From Squalus acanthias (Eukaryota), in the NCBI GenBank assembly GCA_030390025.1, contig CM059433.1:25856001-25920000 (forward strand): a stretch of DNA of 64,000 nt, written 5' to 3'. Positions 51,443-62,894 of the stretch are shown here, piece by piece. The notes below the pieces were generated by a model. It was not told the DNA's origin. It saw nothing but the letters and a program-made list of their open reading frames with translations, and did no database searches. The position numbers were made by a program, and so were the translations under genes. Each line of letters opens with the position of its first letter. The stretch's first letter is position 1.

Positions 51443-52269
51443 TGATTAAACCTTTCACTGCTTATCTACTCTTACTAGCTGATCTATTAGTTCATCCTAG
51501 CTTCAGACTTTATTCTCAGCCTCCCAGCCAAATGCATCCTTCTCCCTCCTTCCATTGAAAGTTCCTGTCCAAGTATACCCAACACCCACTCCAAATCATC
51601 TGACAACTCTCAGTCAACAGGAAGGGGACAGATCCAAACAGGTTATGAAGGAAATATCAGGGTAAATGTTGTGAGACATGGCTCCCAGTGTGGAGCTTCA
51701 CGACTGGAGAATCTGACATGGGGTCAGCACATTCAATTTGCGTCATATCTGATTTTCAAGTGATTTAATTTTAATTCAAAGCACATACTTGTCAAGTGAG
51801 GCTCCAAAACCTGAATAGAGACTCATAAAACCCCTTTGATTTTCTCTTAGGTTTTCTCACCTTCCACAAAAGGCTTTAATATAAAGTATGAAACTGTTCA
51901 CACTTCAAATCTTATCATTTGTAATTCAAAGATAACTTTGAATGTTTCAATTGACCTTTATATCAAGTAAACATCTTAACAACGAAACTTGAATCCATAA
52001 ACACGCTGCTTTCTCCAGTACACACTATATTCACAAATCATCAACCTTATCGGTGGGAGGGGGAAGGAAGTATTTTAATAGATTCGAGGAGGAAATCTGA
52101 AATAATGTCTGATCTAACTTCATACTCTCTTAAACTGCAATTAAATATTCAATGGCAAGAAATTGCTTCAGCAATAATGACAAGTTCGTGGCGCTCCTCA
52201 CAACAACCTCACACCTACCCCACACCCATCTCACACCCTCCTTACACCCACCTCATACCTCAGATAATG

Positions 52270-53040
52270 AAGCATTCCGAAGCATGCAACAAGACCTGGA
52301 CAACATCCAGGCTTGGGCTGATAAGTGGCAAGTAACATTCGCGCCACACAAGTGCCAGACAATGACCATCTCCAACAAGAGAGATTAACCATCTCCCCTC
52401 GGCATTGATTGGCATTATCATCGCTGAATCCTCCACCAACATCCTGGAGGTCGTCACTGACCAAAAACTCAACTGGACTCTGTGGCAAGTGACTCACCTC
52501 TGACTCCCAAAGCCTTTCCAAGGCACAAGTCAGCAGTGTGATGGAATACTCTTCACTTGCCTGTGTGATTGCAGTTCCAACAACACTCAAGAAGCTCGAT
52601 ACCATCCAGGACAAAGCAGCCCACTTGAGCGGCACCCCATCCACCACCTTAAACATTCACTCGCTCCACCACCGGTGCAATGTGGCTGCAGTGTGTACCA
52701 TCTACAAGATGCACTGCTGCAACTTGCCAAGGCTTCTTTGACAGCACCTCCCAAACTCTTGTCCTCTACCACCCAGCAGGCGCATGGGAACACCACCAGC
52801 TCCAAGTTCCCCTCCAAGTCACACACCATCCTGACTTGGAAGTATATCGCCGTTCCTTCATTGACACTGGGTCAAAATCCTGGAACTCCCTCCCTAACAG
52901 CACTGGAGGAGTACCTTCACCACACGGACTGCAGCTGTTCAAGAAGGCGGCTCACCACCACCTTCTCAAGGGCAATTAGGGATGGGCAATAAATGCTGGC
53001 GTTGTCAGCGATGCCCACATCCCATGAATGAATAAACAAA
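52270..53040 (+). mobile_element. CR1/L2-superfamily LINE 3' part inside a (CCTCACAC)-rich low-complexity tract
   Basis: QQDLDNIQAWADKWQVTFAPHKCQ, VMEYSSLA, LHHRCNVAAVCTIYK and KSWNSLP; tail ATGAATGAATAAA. Confidence 0.8.
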
Positions 53041-53884
53041 AACAAAACCTCCTCACACCCTCCTCACACCCAACTCACACCCACCTCACACCCTCGGCAT
53101 ACTCTCCTCACACCCTTGCTTCATCAGCCTTATAACGGAAAGTTCAAGTGTTGTGTTGCTCCATCACTAGCCCACACACTGTTTTCTGTCTCAGCAATCT
53201 TTATGCTAGACACTTTTTTGTGCCCAAATAGCCTTTGGGAAGGATGAGCCTTCAGTACACGAGCCTTTTAATATGTAATTAAAATAGTGACGACCTTTGT
53301 AAAAGCTGGAACAATTTTATTGCTCCTTTCTGCTGTCTTTTAATATGTCACATCCCATTAAAGTTTTCCAACAAGATACACGATTTCTTGGCACTCAGTT
53401 GAGGTTCTGGCACCAAACCCAATATGGGCATGTCATCGCTCATCCAATGAGGCAGAGGCTAATCCTGCTGGGTCTGTGCACAAACTGGATTATTCACATA
53501 ATTGTGCCCAAAACTGCACATAATATTGCAAAATCTAACCTCATCAATGATCTATATAAATAAAAACTCGTTTGGACTTGTAGGCAAATGCCCTTTCGAT
53601 ATTCTAGTCTCTAATTTGCTTTGTTTAGAATGACTCAAATTTCAGTGAAAGAGTTGTGATCCCTTAAGGATGCAAATAGGATAAACTGAAAATAGTTAAC
53701 ATGCACTAGTCGTATGTCACCCATCAATGGGGGTTCTGCACCTAAAACTTCATGACTTTGATATCACTTGCTTGAATATTGTTGACTGGCTTAAAGGGCT
53801 CAAACCCAATAAATCTCCAAGTGGCAGATCCTATATATCAGGGGATGCTAAGTGAGATTAGGGACAAAATCTACTAACAGTCAT

Positions 53885-54313
53885 CATAGAAACATAGAAT
53901 CTAGGAGCAGGAGTAGGCCATTCGGCCCGTCGAGCCTGCTCCACCATTCAATACGATCATGGCTGATCATCCAAATCCAGTACCCTGTCCCTGCTTTAAT
54001 CCCCACAGTACACATATCCCACCCTACCCCCGTAACCCCACGTATTTAATTCCCCCTAACATATCCCATCCTATCCCCATAACCCCACATATTTAATACC
54101 CCCCTAACACTAAGGGTCAATTTATCATAGCCAAATCAACCTAACCCGCACATTTTTGGACTGTGGGAGGAAACCGGAGCACCCGGAGGAAACCCACGCA
54201 GACACGGGGAGAATGTGCAAACTCCACACAGACAGTCACCCGAGGTCAGATTCGAACCCGGGTCCCTGGCGCTGTGAGGCACCAGTGCTAACCACTATGC
54301 CACTGTGTTGCCC
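53885..54313 (-). mobile_element. HE1-like V-SINE (tRNA head, V domain, CR1-derived tail)
   Basis: Minus strand has A box TGGCATAGTGG, B box GGTTCGAATC, V-domain TGTGTGGAGTTTGCACATTCTCCCCGTGTCTGCGTGGGTTTCCTCCGGGTGCTCCGGTTTCCTCCCACA and a CR1-type tail TCTATGTTTCTATG. Confidence 0.85.
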
Positions 54314-54916
54314 TCATAAGGGAGTCAATGAATACAGGGGTTGTAATAAAACTAATGTGATACCTTTTCTCAAGAAAGGTGATAAAACAAATCTGGGTAA
54401 CTACAGGCCATTAGTCTTGCATCAGTTACAGGCAAAATAAAGTAGGGATAATGTTCAGGAGTACCTATCTGATAATAACTTAGTAAGAGGGAGCCAGTTT
54501 GGTTTCAGAAAGGGCAGATTCTGCCTGATTATCCTCCTTGACTTTTTTCAGGAAATAACATATCAAATAGATGTTTGACAGCCCTATCATTTAGTGTTAC
54601 TGGACTTCTGGAAAACCCTAGATAAAGTTCCACATGAATGCTGCTACAGAAGCTTTAGGCAGTCCTGAATGAAACTTGGAGGTGGATAAGGAATTTGTTG
54701 AGCGAGAGGCACTAGTTAAGATAGCGATGTCAGGCTGGAGAAAATGTATTGATTGCAGTGCCTGAGTGATCAGTGCTGGGAATTATACTGTTCCTGATCC
54801 ACATAAATGCCCCAGATTCTAAACTCAATTTAAGTTGGTCAAACACAGAGATAACTAAACTGGGGGAGCAGAGTCTGATGAAACAGCTGAGGAATTTCAC
54901 AGGGACCGATACTTTA

Positions 54917-55675
54917 TGGGCCAGAAATTTGGCTCCCTGGCTTCCCGCGGGTGCAAGGATCGTGCGCGCACCTACCTGCCGCGCCTGCCGTTGACCTCTG
55001 GGCCCGCGAGGAATTCGGGTCCTGGGCCTCCTCCAACTGCCGGCGCGCAGTGCTTGCGTATCCCAGGGGCGTAGTTAGTGCGATGCGTCCCCTGGGATCA
55101 CGTGGGCCATGGAGAGCCAATGGCAGCAGGCCATCTTTCATTCATAGATTTGACAGGAAGACCTGTCAAATCTATGAATACAAATCGGCCCCAAAACCTC
55201 CCTAAAACTACAAATAAATTTTTTTAAAATCACATTTTTAAAATAACTATAAATAACATAAATTAACTATTTTAAACAAAAATTTAAATTTTTGAAAAAA
55301 ATAATTACACTTTTTAACAGGGCTAAAACTAAACTTACCTTTAAAGTAATTAAAAAAGATAAATCTGTGAAAAAAATGTTTAAATTTGAATAAAATCACC
55401 ACTTACCTTGTTAAAGAAGGCCTTGCGCCTCCTTTTGCAAAGTGTATCTTCTCCGTGCTTACCCTCACGGTGGAACCTGTAAAAAAACCGAAGTGCGAGG
55501 TCTACGCACTGCCTCTCTGGCGTGCGCATTCGACCTCTGAACCCCTTCCTTCAGGGGAACGAAAGTGCCGGTTTCCCGCGCATGCGCAGTGCATGCAAGA
55601 AACCGGCACTTTCGTTCCGTCCACGGGTGAGTACATAGTGCGTACTCACCCGTGGCGAGCCTAATTTCTGCCCCA
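54917..55675. mobile_element. Harbinger-type MITE with three perfect internal hairpins
   Basis: TIRs TGGGCCAGAAATT / AATTTCTGCCCCA; TTA duplication at 54914..54916 and 55676..55678. Confidence 0.85.
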
Positions 55676-56752
55676 TTATTCGCAAGTAGGCACATGCAGT
55701 TTTGTACACATCACTGCAAGTCTTACGTATTGGAAGGAAAAATAGGGAGCATAATTAATGAATAGTGTTGAACAAGCTAGGAGAAAGGCTGAAAGAGATC
55801 TTGAAGCGATAGTAGACTCTGCACAGAACATCACCAGTCAGTGCAGAACAGCAATTAGCAGAGCAAACAGAATACTGAGCTATATTAACAAATAAGTAGA
55901 ATTTAAGTCTGAGACAATTATGATGAGGCTGTATGGTGTTCTGATCAAACCACAGCTTGAATATTTATTCAATCCTGATCACAAGAGAAAAATCCAACCC
56001 CTGGAATAATACAAGGGATGGCAACTAGATTGACCCCCAGTTTCAAAGGCCTGAGCTATGAGGAAAGGTTGGAAACGTTTGAACTTCTCAACCTTGAAAG
56101 AAGACATATGAGAGGGGGGTCTTATAGAGTATTAAGATACTAAGTGGAATAGAAAAGGTTAAACCTGAACACTATTTCAAATTAAACCATGACGGCAGGA
56201 CAAGTGGCCAGAGGTAGAAATGGGCAAAAGGCAAGTTCAGGACTGCTGTTCGGAAGCACTTCTTTATGCAGAGTGATCAATACCTGGAATTGTAAGGAAA
56301 AACTCTGGGTATTCAAGAGGCAGTTGGATGCTGTGACTGGGCAAGAGGGGATTGGAGATTTCTAAGTAAGGAGGACCCAGATGGGCAGAAAGGTCCCTCT
56401 CAACTGCATTTAACTTTTGTGATGATCAATAATTGCACCCAATTCCTTAACTTTTCCAAATCTTCGAAAGGGCATTGCTTCATTGTGTACACATGTTGCC
56501 TGCTTCCTGTTCCAATTTGCATTGTCTTACATTCATCCAAATTAAAATTGATCTGCCACTAAGTCCATGTGTTTAATTGATGCGCTTCTTTTGAATGATT
56601 TTCATGTCTCTTGCATTTATTTATTTATTCATTCATTCACAGGATGTGGCCGTTGCTGGCAATTCACTGCCAATATATTTTTCCTTTTGGTGCCATTAAC
56701 TGATGTTAGGTTCTAGAAATGAGGTTTAATAAATGCATTCTCTTTCTTGCAG

Positions 56753-56996
56753 ACTGTCGCAGTCTCTGTATCTGTACTGACACTTAGCTGCATAGCACTG
56801 GACCGCTGGTACGCTATATGTCATCCACTTATGTTCAAAAGTACAGCCAAGCGAGCACGAAACAGCATAATAATGATATGGATTGTATCCTGTGCACTAA
56901 TGATTCCCCAGGCAATTGTGATGGAATGCAGCATCATGGTGCCAGAGTTAGCAAACAAAACGCTTTTATTCACCATCTGTGATGAGCACTGGGGAG
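56753..56996 (+). CDS. HCRTR2: Orexin receptor coding exon 3 (TM3 with DRW motif, TM4, ECL2)
   Basis: TTGCAG acceptor; TVAVSVSVLTLSCIALDRWYAICHPLMFKSTAKRARNSII...CDEHWG; donor G|GTAAAA; 244 nt. Confidence 0.96.
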
Positions 56997-57881
56997 GTAA
57001 AAACAATATTGTATTGTAGTACAGCTTATGTTTTATAAAATAAATCACAAAAATACAGACTGTAGGCAGAATTATTTTTTAAGCACTGATAATCATGCCT
57101 ATTCTGAGCTCCATAGAACCAAATCATTCAGACATAGCAATCATTATATTGTGCTCTCTTTTTTGTTTGTTTTTTATAAAACAAGTAACAGAACTGCCAT
57201 TCTTCTATACCGTCACAGCACTGAATTTATGACTATTGTTCAGCCAAGCCCGATGCTACTAATAATCGGGCAAAAAATTTAATTTTTTTTGCACAAATAA
57301 TTGAACAATTCGCACTAATTGTCAGTAGTGCAATAATGAGCCATGTTTTTATTAAATGTTAATTATACTGAATAATGCCTGGTCTATAATACAGCTTTGT
57401 TGTCAAATAACAAACAAAGTACAACATGGTGCATGTACAATTGAGGAACATCAGTGGTTTGCAGCTGTGATCCTTTCACCTTGTAAAGTTTTTAAGTGGT
57501 GGTGGAATAGAAATGCTTGCGTTTCAGAGCTGCTCATTTCTGATGAATTCTCAGCATTTCATGAGAAGTTCCAGATTGCTCATCCTGAGCTTTGTTCCAC
57601 TACCACTAAAATGTTGGAAGATACAGAAGTGGTTGAACTAGGATCAGCTGGTTTCTCGAGTTAATACAATCTTCTATGTTACGTAATACCATGTGTAGTT
57701 CACTGAATATATTCTTGAAGTTTGCACTCAATTTTTATTAACTGGAGGGATATAAAATGTAAGTTAAAACCAAGTCGTGGGTCAATAATATTTTAATTTA
57801 CTATTAACCAAACAGAATAATTAATTATAATTGTATTCCATTTTAATGTGTGATTTTGATTATTTCTTTTTTTCATTACAG

Positions 57882-57997
57882 ATGACATTTATCCCAAGGT
57901 CTATCATATCTGCTTTTTCATTGTTACATATATGGCTCCTTTATGTCTAATGATATTGGCCTACTTTCAAATATTTCGGAAACTTTGGTGTCGACAG
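57882..57997 (+). CDS. HCRTR2: Orexin receptor coding exon 4 (TM5)
   Basis: TTACAG acceptor; DDIYPKVYHICFFIVTYMAPLCLMILAYFQIFRKLWCRQ; donor CAG|GTAAGT; 116 nt. Confidence 0.96.
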
Positions 57998-58085
57998 GTA
58001 AGTATGTGACAACAGCATCAACGGGAAGATTATTGTTATGCTGATAACAGTTGCCATTTACTGTACTTTTTCACTTAAATTACAG

Positions 58086-58309
58086 ATTCCAGGGACTTCC
58101 TCGGTAGTACAAAGAAATTGGAAGCCTGTTGCCCTGCAGTGTTCATCCCAGAGGGCTGGCAGAGTCCAAGCCAAGTCAAGAACAAGTGCTGTTGCTGCAG
58201 AAATCAAACAGATCCAAACAAGACGGAAGACAGCACGGATGCTTATGGTGGTTTTGGTTTTTTTCGCACTTTGCTACCTTCCAATAAGTGTGCTAAATGT
58301 TCTGAAAAG
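58086..58309 (+). CDS. HCRTR2: Orexin receptor coding exon 5 (ICL3, TM6)
   Basis: TTACAG acceptor; IPGTSSVVQRNWK...AVAAEIKQIQTRRKTARMLMVVLVFFALCYLPISVLNVLKR; donor AG|GTGAGA; 224 nt. Confidence 0.96.
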
Positions 58310-58466
58310 GTGAGATTGGAGACTGGAAATACTGTCATCAAATTAAATGAATTCGCATCCTGAAATGTTTACAAGTCTCATTTACATGAAGTTTGTGATG
58401 TTGGCTCTGCTGTTAACAGTGCTGTCTGAAGACTTAACATCTCATTTCATTAGGACAGAATATCTT

Positions 58467-59184
58467 GGGGGCAAAATTGGGTCATGCCTCCTTTGGGGCG
58501 CTGACTTCGCCGGGTTTTAACGCCCCGAAAATGTTAGCGCCCCCGCACCCGAAATTCACTGGTAGCGTCCCAAGAGGGAGGCGGGGCACTACTGGAAGCG
58601 CCCCGCCTCCCTCTTGGGGCGCTACCAGTGAATTTCCCGGCACTATGTGCCACAGCGCCATGCGCTGCAGCACGTCGCGCTGCGGTACTGCAGGCCTTCC
58701 TCCACTTATTAAAGGGGAGGGGCCTATCGCAGCGCAACCCGGGGCCCAACTGGGCCACCAGGGATCGGAGTGCCGGCAAAAGAGCCCGGCACTCAAGAGG
58801 AGTGTGGGGGGGCTTCACAGGAGGCTGGGGACAGCAACGGGGACAGGTGCTGGCAGGCGGCCAGCAACAAAAATGGCCGCCCGACACCTCCCCTTTAATT
58901 TGCGCGCCCCGGCCACATGTACGCACCCCTGACCCTGTTGGACATAGAGTCCGGCAGTAAGTCAGGTGGCGCTACCGAAGATCGCGGCTGGGGCGCGAGC
59001 GGGGCGCTGTGCACGGTGATGACATCATCGCCGGAGGCGCAGCGCCGCAGAATGCTAACGGTTACTGCCACCGCTAACCTCCCGCTGAATTTCGCGGCAG
59101 GCGTTAGCATTGCCGCACCCGGGCGCTAGTTGCTTTGCACCCCTAGGGCGCTAACAAGGCACAAATCAACTGAATTTTCCCCCC
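58467..59184. mobile_element. GC-rich Harbinger-type MITE with an internal 86-nt palindrome
   Basis: TIRs GGGGGCAAAATT / AATTTTCCCCCC; CTT on both sides (58464..58466, 59185..59187); repeated GGCGCT motifs. Confidence 0.8.
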
Positions 59185-59311
59185 CTTATTTATTCATCTA
59201 CCTTCATGTGTCTATCCATCTATCTTTACTTATTGATCTATTTATCTTTATTTTTTTAAATATCCTTGAAGTATAACATGTATCCAAAGTTATTTAAAAA
59301 TTTAAAACACA

Positions 59312-59434
59312 TTTGCAGGGCTATGGGGAAGGAGCAGAGAAGTGGGACTGATTGGAGAGCTCTTTCAAAGAGCTGGCACAGGCACATTGGGCTGAGGGGC
59401 CTCTTCTGTGCTGTATCATTCTATCATTCTATGA
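59312..59434 (+). mobile_element. CR1 3' UTR fragment
   Basis: GCAGGGCTATGGGGAAGG..TGTGCTGTATCATTCTATCATTCTATG. Confidence 0.75.
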
Positions 59435-61392
59435 AATGAGCAGGATATTTCATGGGCCCTTGGGCATTAGGGTAAGACCATGATGGAAGGTCCATGACTT
59501 AACCTGAGTTTCAATACACTTGTGCTTGTCACCTATTACACCTCACTGCACTTTGAGACAGCTTCCTGCAGCTGAGGAATGCTATATAAACACAAGTCAT
59601 TATTGCAAGGAGCCCCAGTGTCTTTCAAACTTATTAGGCCTCTTTGAAGATGCCACTATTTAAGTAAATAAGATTAATGAATTTAAAATTATTTAGGTTT
59701 TCTAAAAGGTATCTTGGCAAGGTGACTAAAAGCTTATACCTCACATGATGAAAGAGAAAGTTGCTAATTAACTAAAAACTTCCCTGGGCAATTGAAAGTA
59801 AAGGTGATTATAAATGGGAATTACTCATTTGGGAGCAGCACCTAGGGGTTAATTTCTACTGGAATTGGCCCCTGGCTTTCTGCCATAGTCATTAAAAGTC
59901 TTAATGAGGGATTGAAAGATGATTCTCAAGTACATTGCCATCACAATACCGTGTAGAATGGTGAATTCTGTCAAGGAGTTGAAGTTCATATAATAGGATT
60001 TAAAGAGATTAAGCACTGGGACATCTGACAGTATTTGTTCAGACAAATATAATATAATCCACAACACTGATCAAAATATCAATTAGGAAAAGGATTTGGG
60101 AATGATTGAAAGTTAATAAGAATCTTTGACATCTAGCCAGAATCAAGAAGCATTAGTTGGACCACAGTTGGGACATCACACCCAATACTCATTCCCATTT
60201 CTATTGGCTTCATATCTTTGAAATTAGTCAAGTTATATTTAGATTTGTAAAGCTAAAGTAAAATCTTTTACCAATCTATCTTTACATACCTCCCCATTCC
60301 AGTATAGTTTATATACAGAGTAAAATATCTTCATTATTTTTATGTTACATTTTATTTAGACAAATATTAAGTAGCAATATCAGTACATAAAACTGCAAAA
60401 AATGAACAAGCACAACAAGTTGGAAGTGACTGGGCTACCTTTATTGAGAAAGTTATCTCTCATTTGCTCATTGCTGCCATATTGAATTTCTTTCCCATAG
60501 ATAAAAGCAACAAAAAGTACAACACTATTGAAAATAAAGGGTTCAATGACTTTGTTGAAATATTTATCAGTAATTTGAAAAATGACCATGGAATCACTGT
60601 AAGGTTTGCAGTGAATCTATCTATCTCCTCCTTTCTCCACATTCCCACCATGCACTTTGGAGGTGGGTGCAATTTCCCCAAAAATGAATGTTGATTGGCC
60701 ACATCTGGCTCCAAAGGCCAATCAATGCTCAGAACCTAAGGATTGGCATTGCCAGAATGTATGTGACATGTAATTATTTTTTTACTGAAACCAATCGCAC
60801 CTTGACAAGTAAATTTGACCATGGTAAGGGTTGAAACATTCCAGGAAAACTAGATCATGTTACTGCACACTGCAGCAGATATGAGGCAGTGATCCCTGCT
60901 ATTGCAATTAGGCGTATTGGATTGCTTGGGAACATCACATAGATGAAAATCAGGTGTGGAGGATCGCATGCCAGTAACAGCTCACCCAATTTTTGCTCCA
61001 TCTGAATTATCCATGTGAGATCCTGTCCACCCAATTTTCCTCTATGGCAGCCAAGATGGTGGGCTCGATTGTAATAGCCCTGAGGAGGCGGGTTTGGAGG
61101 TGGGTCAGCAGCGAAAATTGGAAAAAATGGCTTCAGACACCCAACCCGCCTCCGTCCCGCCCCCACGCGATAAAGTCGCGGCCGGTGAATCAGAATCCTG
61201 AGTTTTCAGAGCAGGCTGCACATGAATTAAATCCACTCAAAATCCCCAAACATGTGACTATGTTGCTTAACGTGGGTCACACCATAAAACACAGTCGCGA
61301 GATGATTCCTTTAAAATTAGATTTACAGTTATGATTTATTTCTGTAAAGTGGCCACAGGGATTAATCCTGTCTTTCTTTCTTGCTGCCTCAG

Positions 61393-61514
61393 GGTGTTTG
61401 GAATCTTCGACAATATTAATGACAGAGCAACACTCTACGGATGGTTCACGTTCTCACATTGGCTGGTATATGCCAACAGTGCAGCAAATCCTATTATTTA
61501 TAATTTTTTGAGTG
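61393..61514 (+). CDS. HCRTR2: Orexin receptor coding exon 6 (ECL3, TM7 with NPIIY); gene continues beyond the window
   Basis: CTCAG acceptor; VFGIFDNINDRATLYGWFTFSHWLVYANSAANPIIYNFLS; donor G|GTAAGT; 122 nt. Confidence 0.96.
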
Positions 61515-61792
61515 GTAAGTTTTCTTTTTTCTTTCAATTCATTGGCTTGTGTTACCTAAATATCCAGATACAATTCTAAGTATTGATTGCAGTTAGCTTT
61601 GTTAAAGTGTGCTGAAAAATGATCACTGGGTTTATCTGAGGCATGCAGTGCTTCCAAAGTTAAGGTAGCTGCTAAATTATTTGACAGCTTAAGTGGCAGT
61701 AGGTGTATTTGCGAATTGAAGAAGTGCAGAAAATATGTTCTTAGAAGTACAGGAATGAGAAAAGGCAACTTGTTCGGAAGAACATCAGAATG

Positions 61793-61968
61793 TAAGAACA
61801 TAAGAAGTAGGAGCAGGAGTAGGCCATATGGCCCCGCGAGTCTGCTGCGCCATTCAGTAAGATCATGGCTGATCTTCGACCTCAACTCCACTTTCCTGCA
61901 CTATCTCCATATCCCTTGTTCCCCTAGAGTCCAAAAATCTAACTATCTCAACCTTGAATATACTCAAC
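61793..61968 (-). mobile_element. CR1 3' end
   Basis: TAAGAACATAAGAAGTAGGAGCAGGAGTAGGCCAT, as at 5292..5470. Confidence 0.8.
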
Positions 61969-62349
61969 TCCATTTGGAGACTCAACTATTCCAATGCTCT
62001 CCTGGCCAGCCTCCCATCCTCCAGCTTCCATAAATTTCAACTCACTCAAAGCTCTGCTGCCTTCATCCTATCCTACATTACAACAGTTCCATTTAGCTCT
62101 TTTCCATTGAAATACAAGCCTGTTGCTGATATAGTAGGTGAACACTTAAAGAGTTCAGATGATGTTTCTTTGTCTATTACTTTAGCAGAGTTGCTAACCC
62201 AAAGTAAAAACTTAACACCTGCGTTAAATAATGGGCAGAGAATTTCATAGGAACATGTTAAGAGTTTGTCCACTAATATGGGCAACAGTCATTTCGAGGC
62301 TGTGTTATTTATTCTGATTTTTTTCCTCATATACACTTGCCACTGATTG

Positions 62350-62890
62350 CATCCCCCTCACCTGCCACTCTCTCAGGTTGAACCAGACTGCTTGCAACCT
62401 CAGTGTCCCATTCAACCCAGATCTGAGCTTGTGACCCCATCTATCTCTGCATTACAAAGACCATCTACTTCCACCTCCACAATATCACCAGCCTCCACTG
62501 CTACCTCAGCCTGTCTGCCACTGAAATCCTCATTCATGCCTTCCATATCTCCAGACTCAACTATTCCAATGCTCTCCTGGCTGGCCTTCCTTCCTTCAGC
62601 TTCAATAAACTTCAACTCACTCAAAACTCTGCTGCCTTCATCCTATCCTACATTACAACAGTGACAACACTCCAAAAAGTACTTCATTGGCTGTAAAGCG
62701 CTTTGGGACATCCTGAGGTCATGAAAGGCGCTATATAAATGCAAGTCTTTCTTTTTATTCTGCCCTAAGTTCCACTCACCCATCATCTCTGTCCTTGCTG
62801 ACCTACATTGGCTCCTGGTCCCCGGACACCTCCAATTTGAAATTTTCATCTCGTGTCTAATTCCCTTCATGGCCTTGCCCCTTCCTACCT
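62350..62890 (+). mobile_element. L2 LINE RT fragment with an inserted Deu-type SINE tail (62647..62757)
   Basis: EILIHAFHISRLNYSNALLAGLP..KLQLTQNSAA; L2 coding resumes after the SINE tail. Confidence 0.7.
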
Positions 62891-62894
62891 AACA

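Larger units (their letters stand above)
53790..56420 (+). mobile_element. Old CR1 LINE interrupted by a V-SINE and a Harbinger MITE
   Basis: LKPNKSP (~53800), KKGDKTNLGNYRP (~54370), LDFWKTLDKVPH (~54600), LIKPQLEY (~55940) and SYEERLE (~56055). Confidence 0.75.

Noticed and set aside
54240..54313. tRNA gene
   Set aside because: The A and B boxes belong to a SINE head continuous with a V domain and LINE tail.
31958..61514. Calling the gene HCRTR1
   Set aside because: Most recalled diagnostic segments (KNHHMRT, YLQT, AKRARNSI, LWCRQIPGTSSVVQR) are OX2R-like; phylogeny is still needed to confirm.
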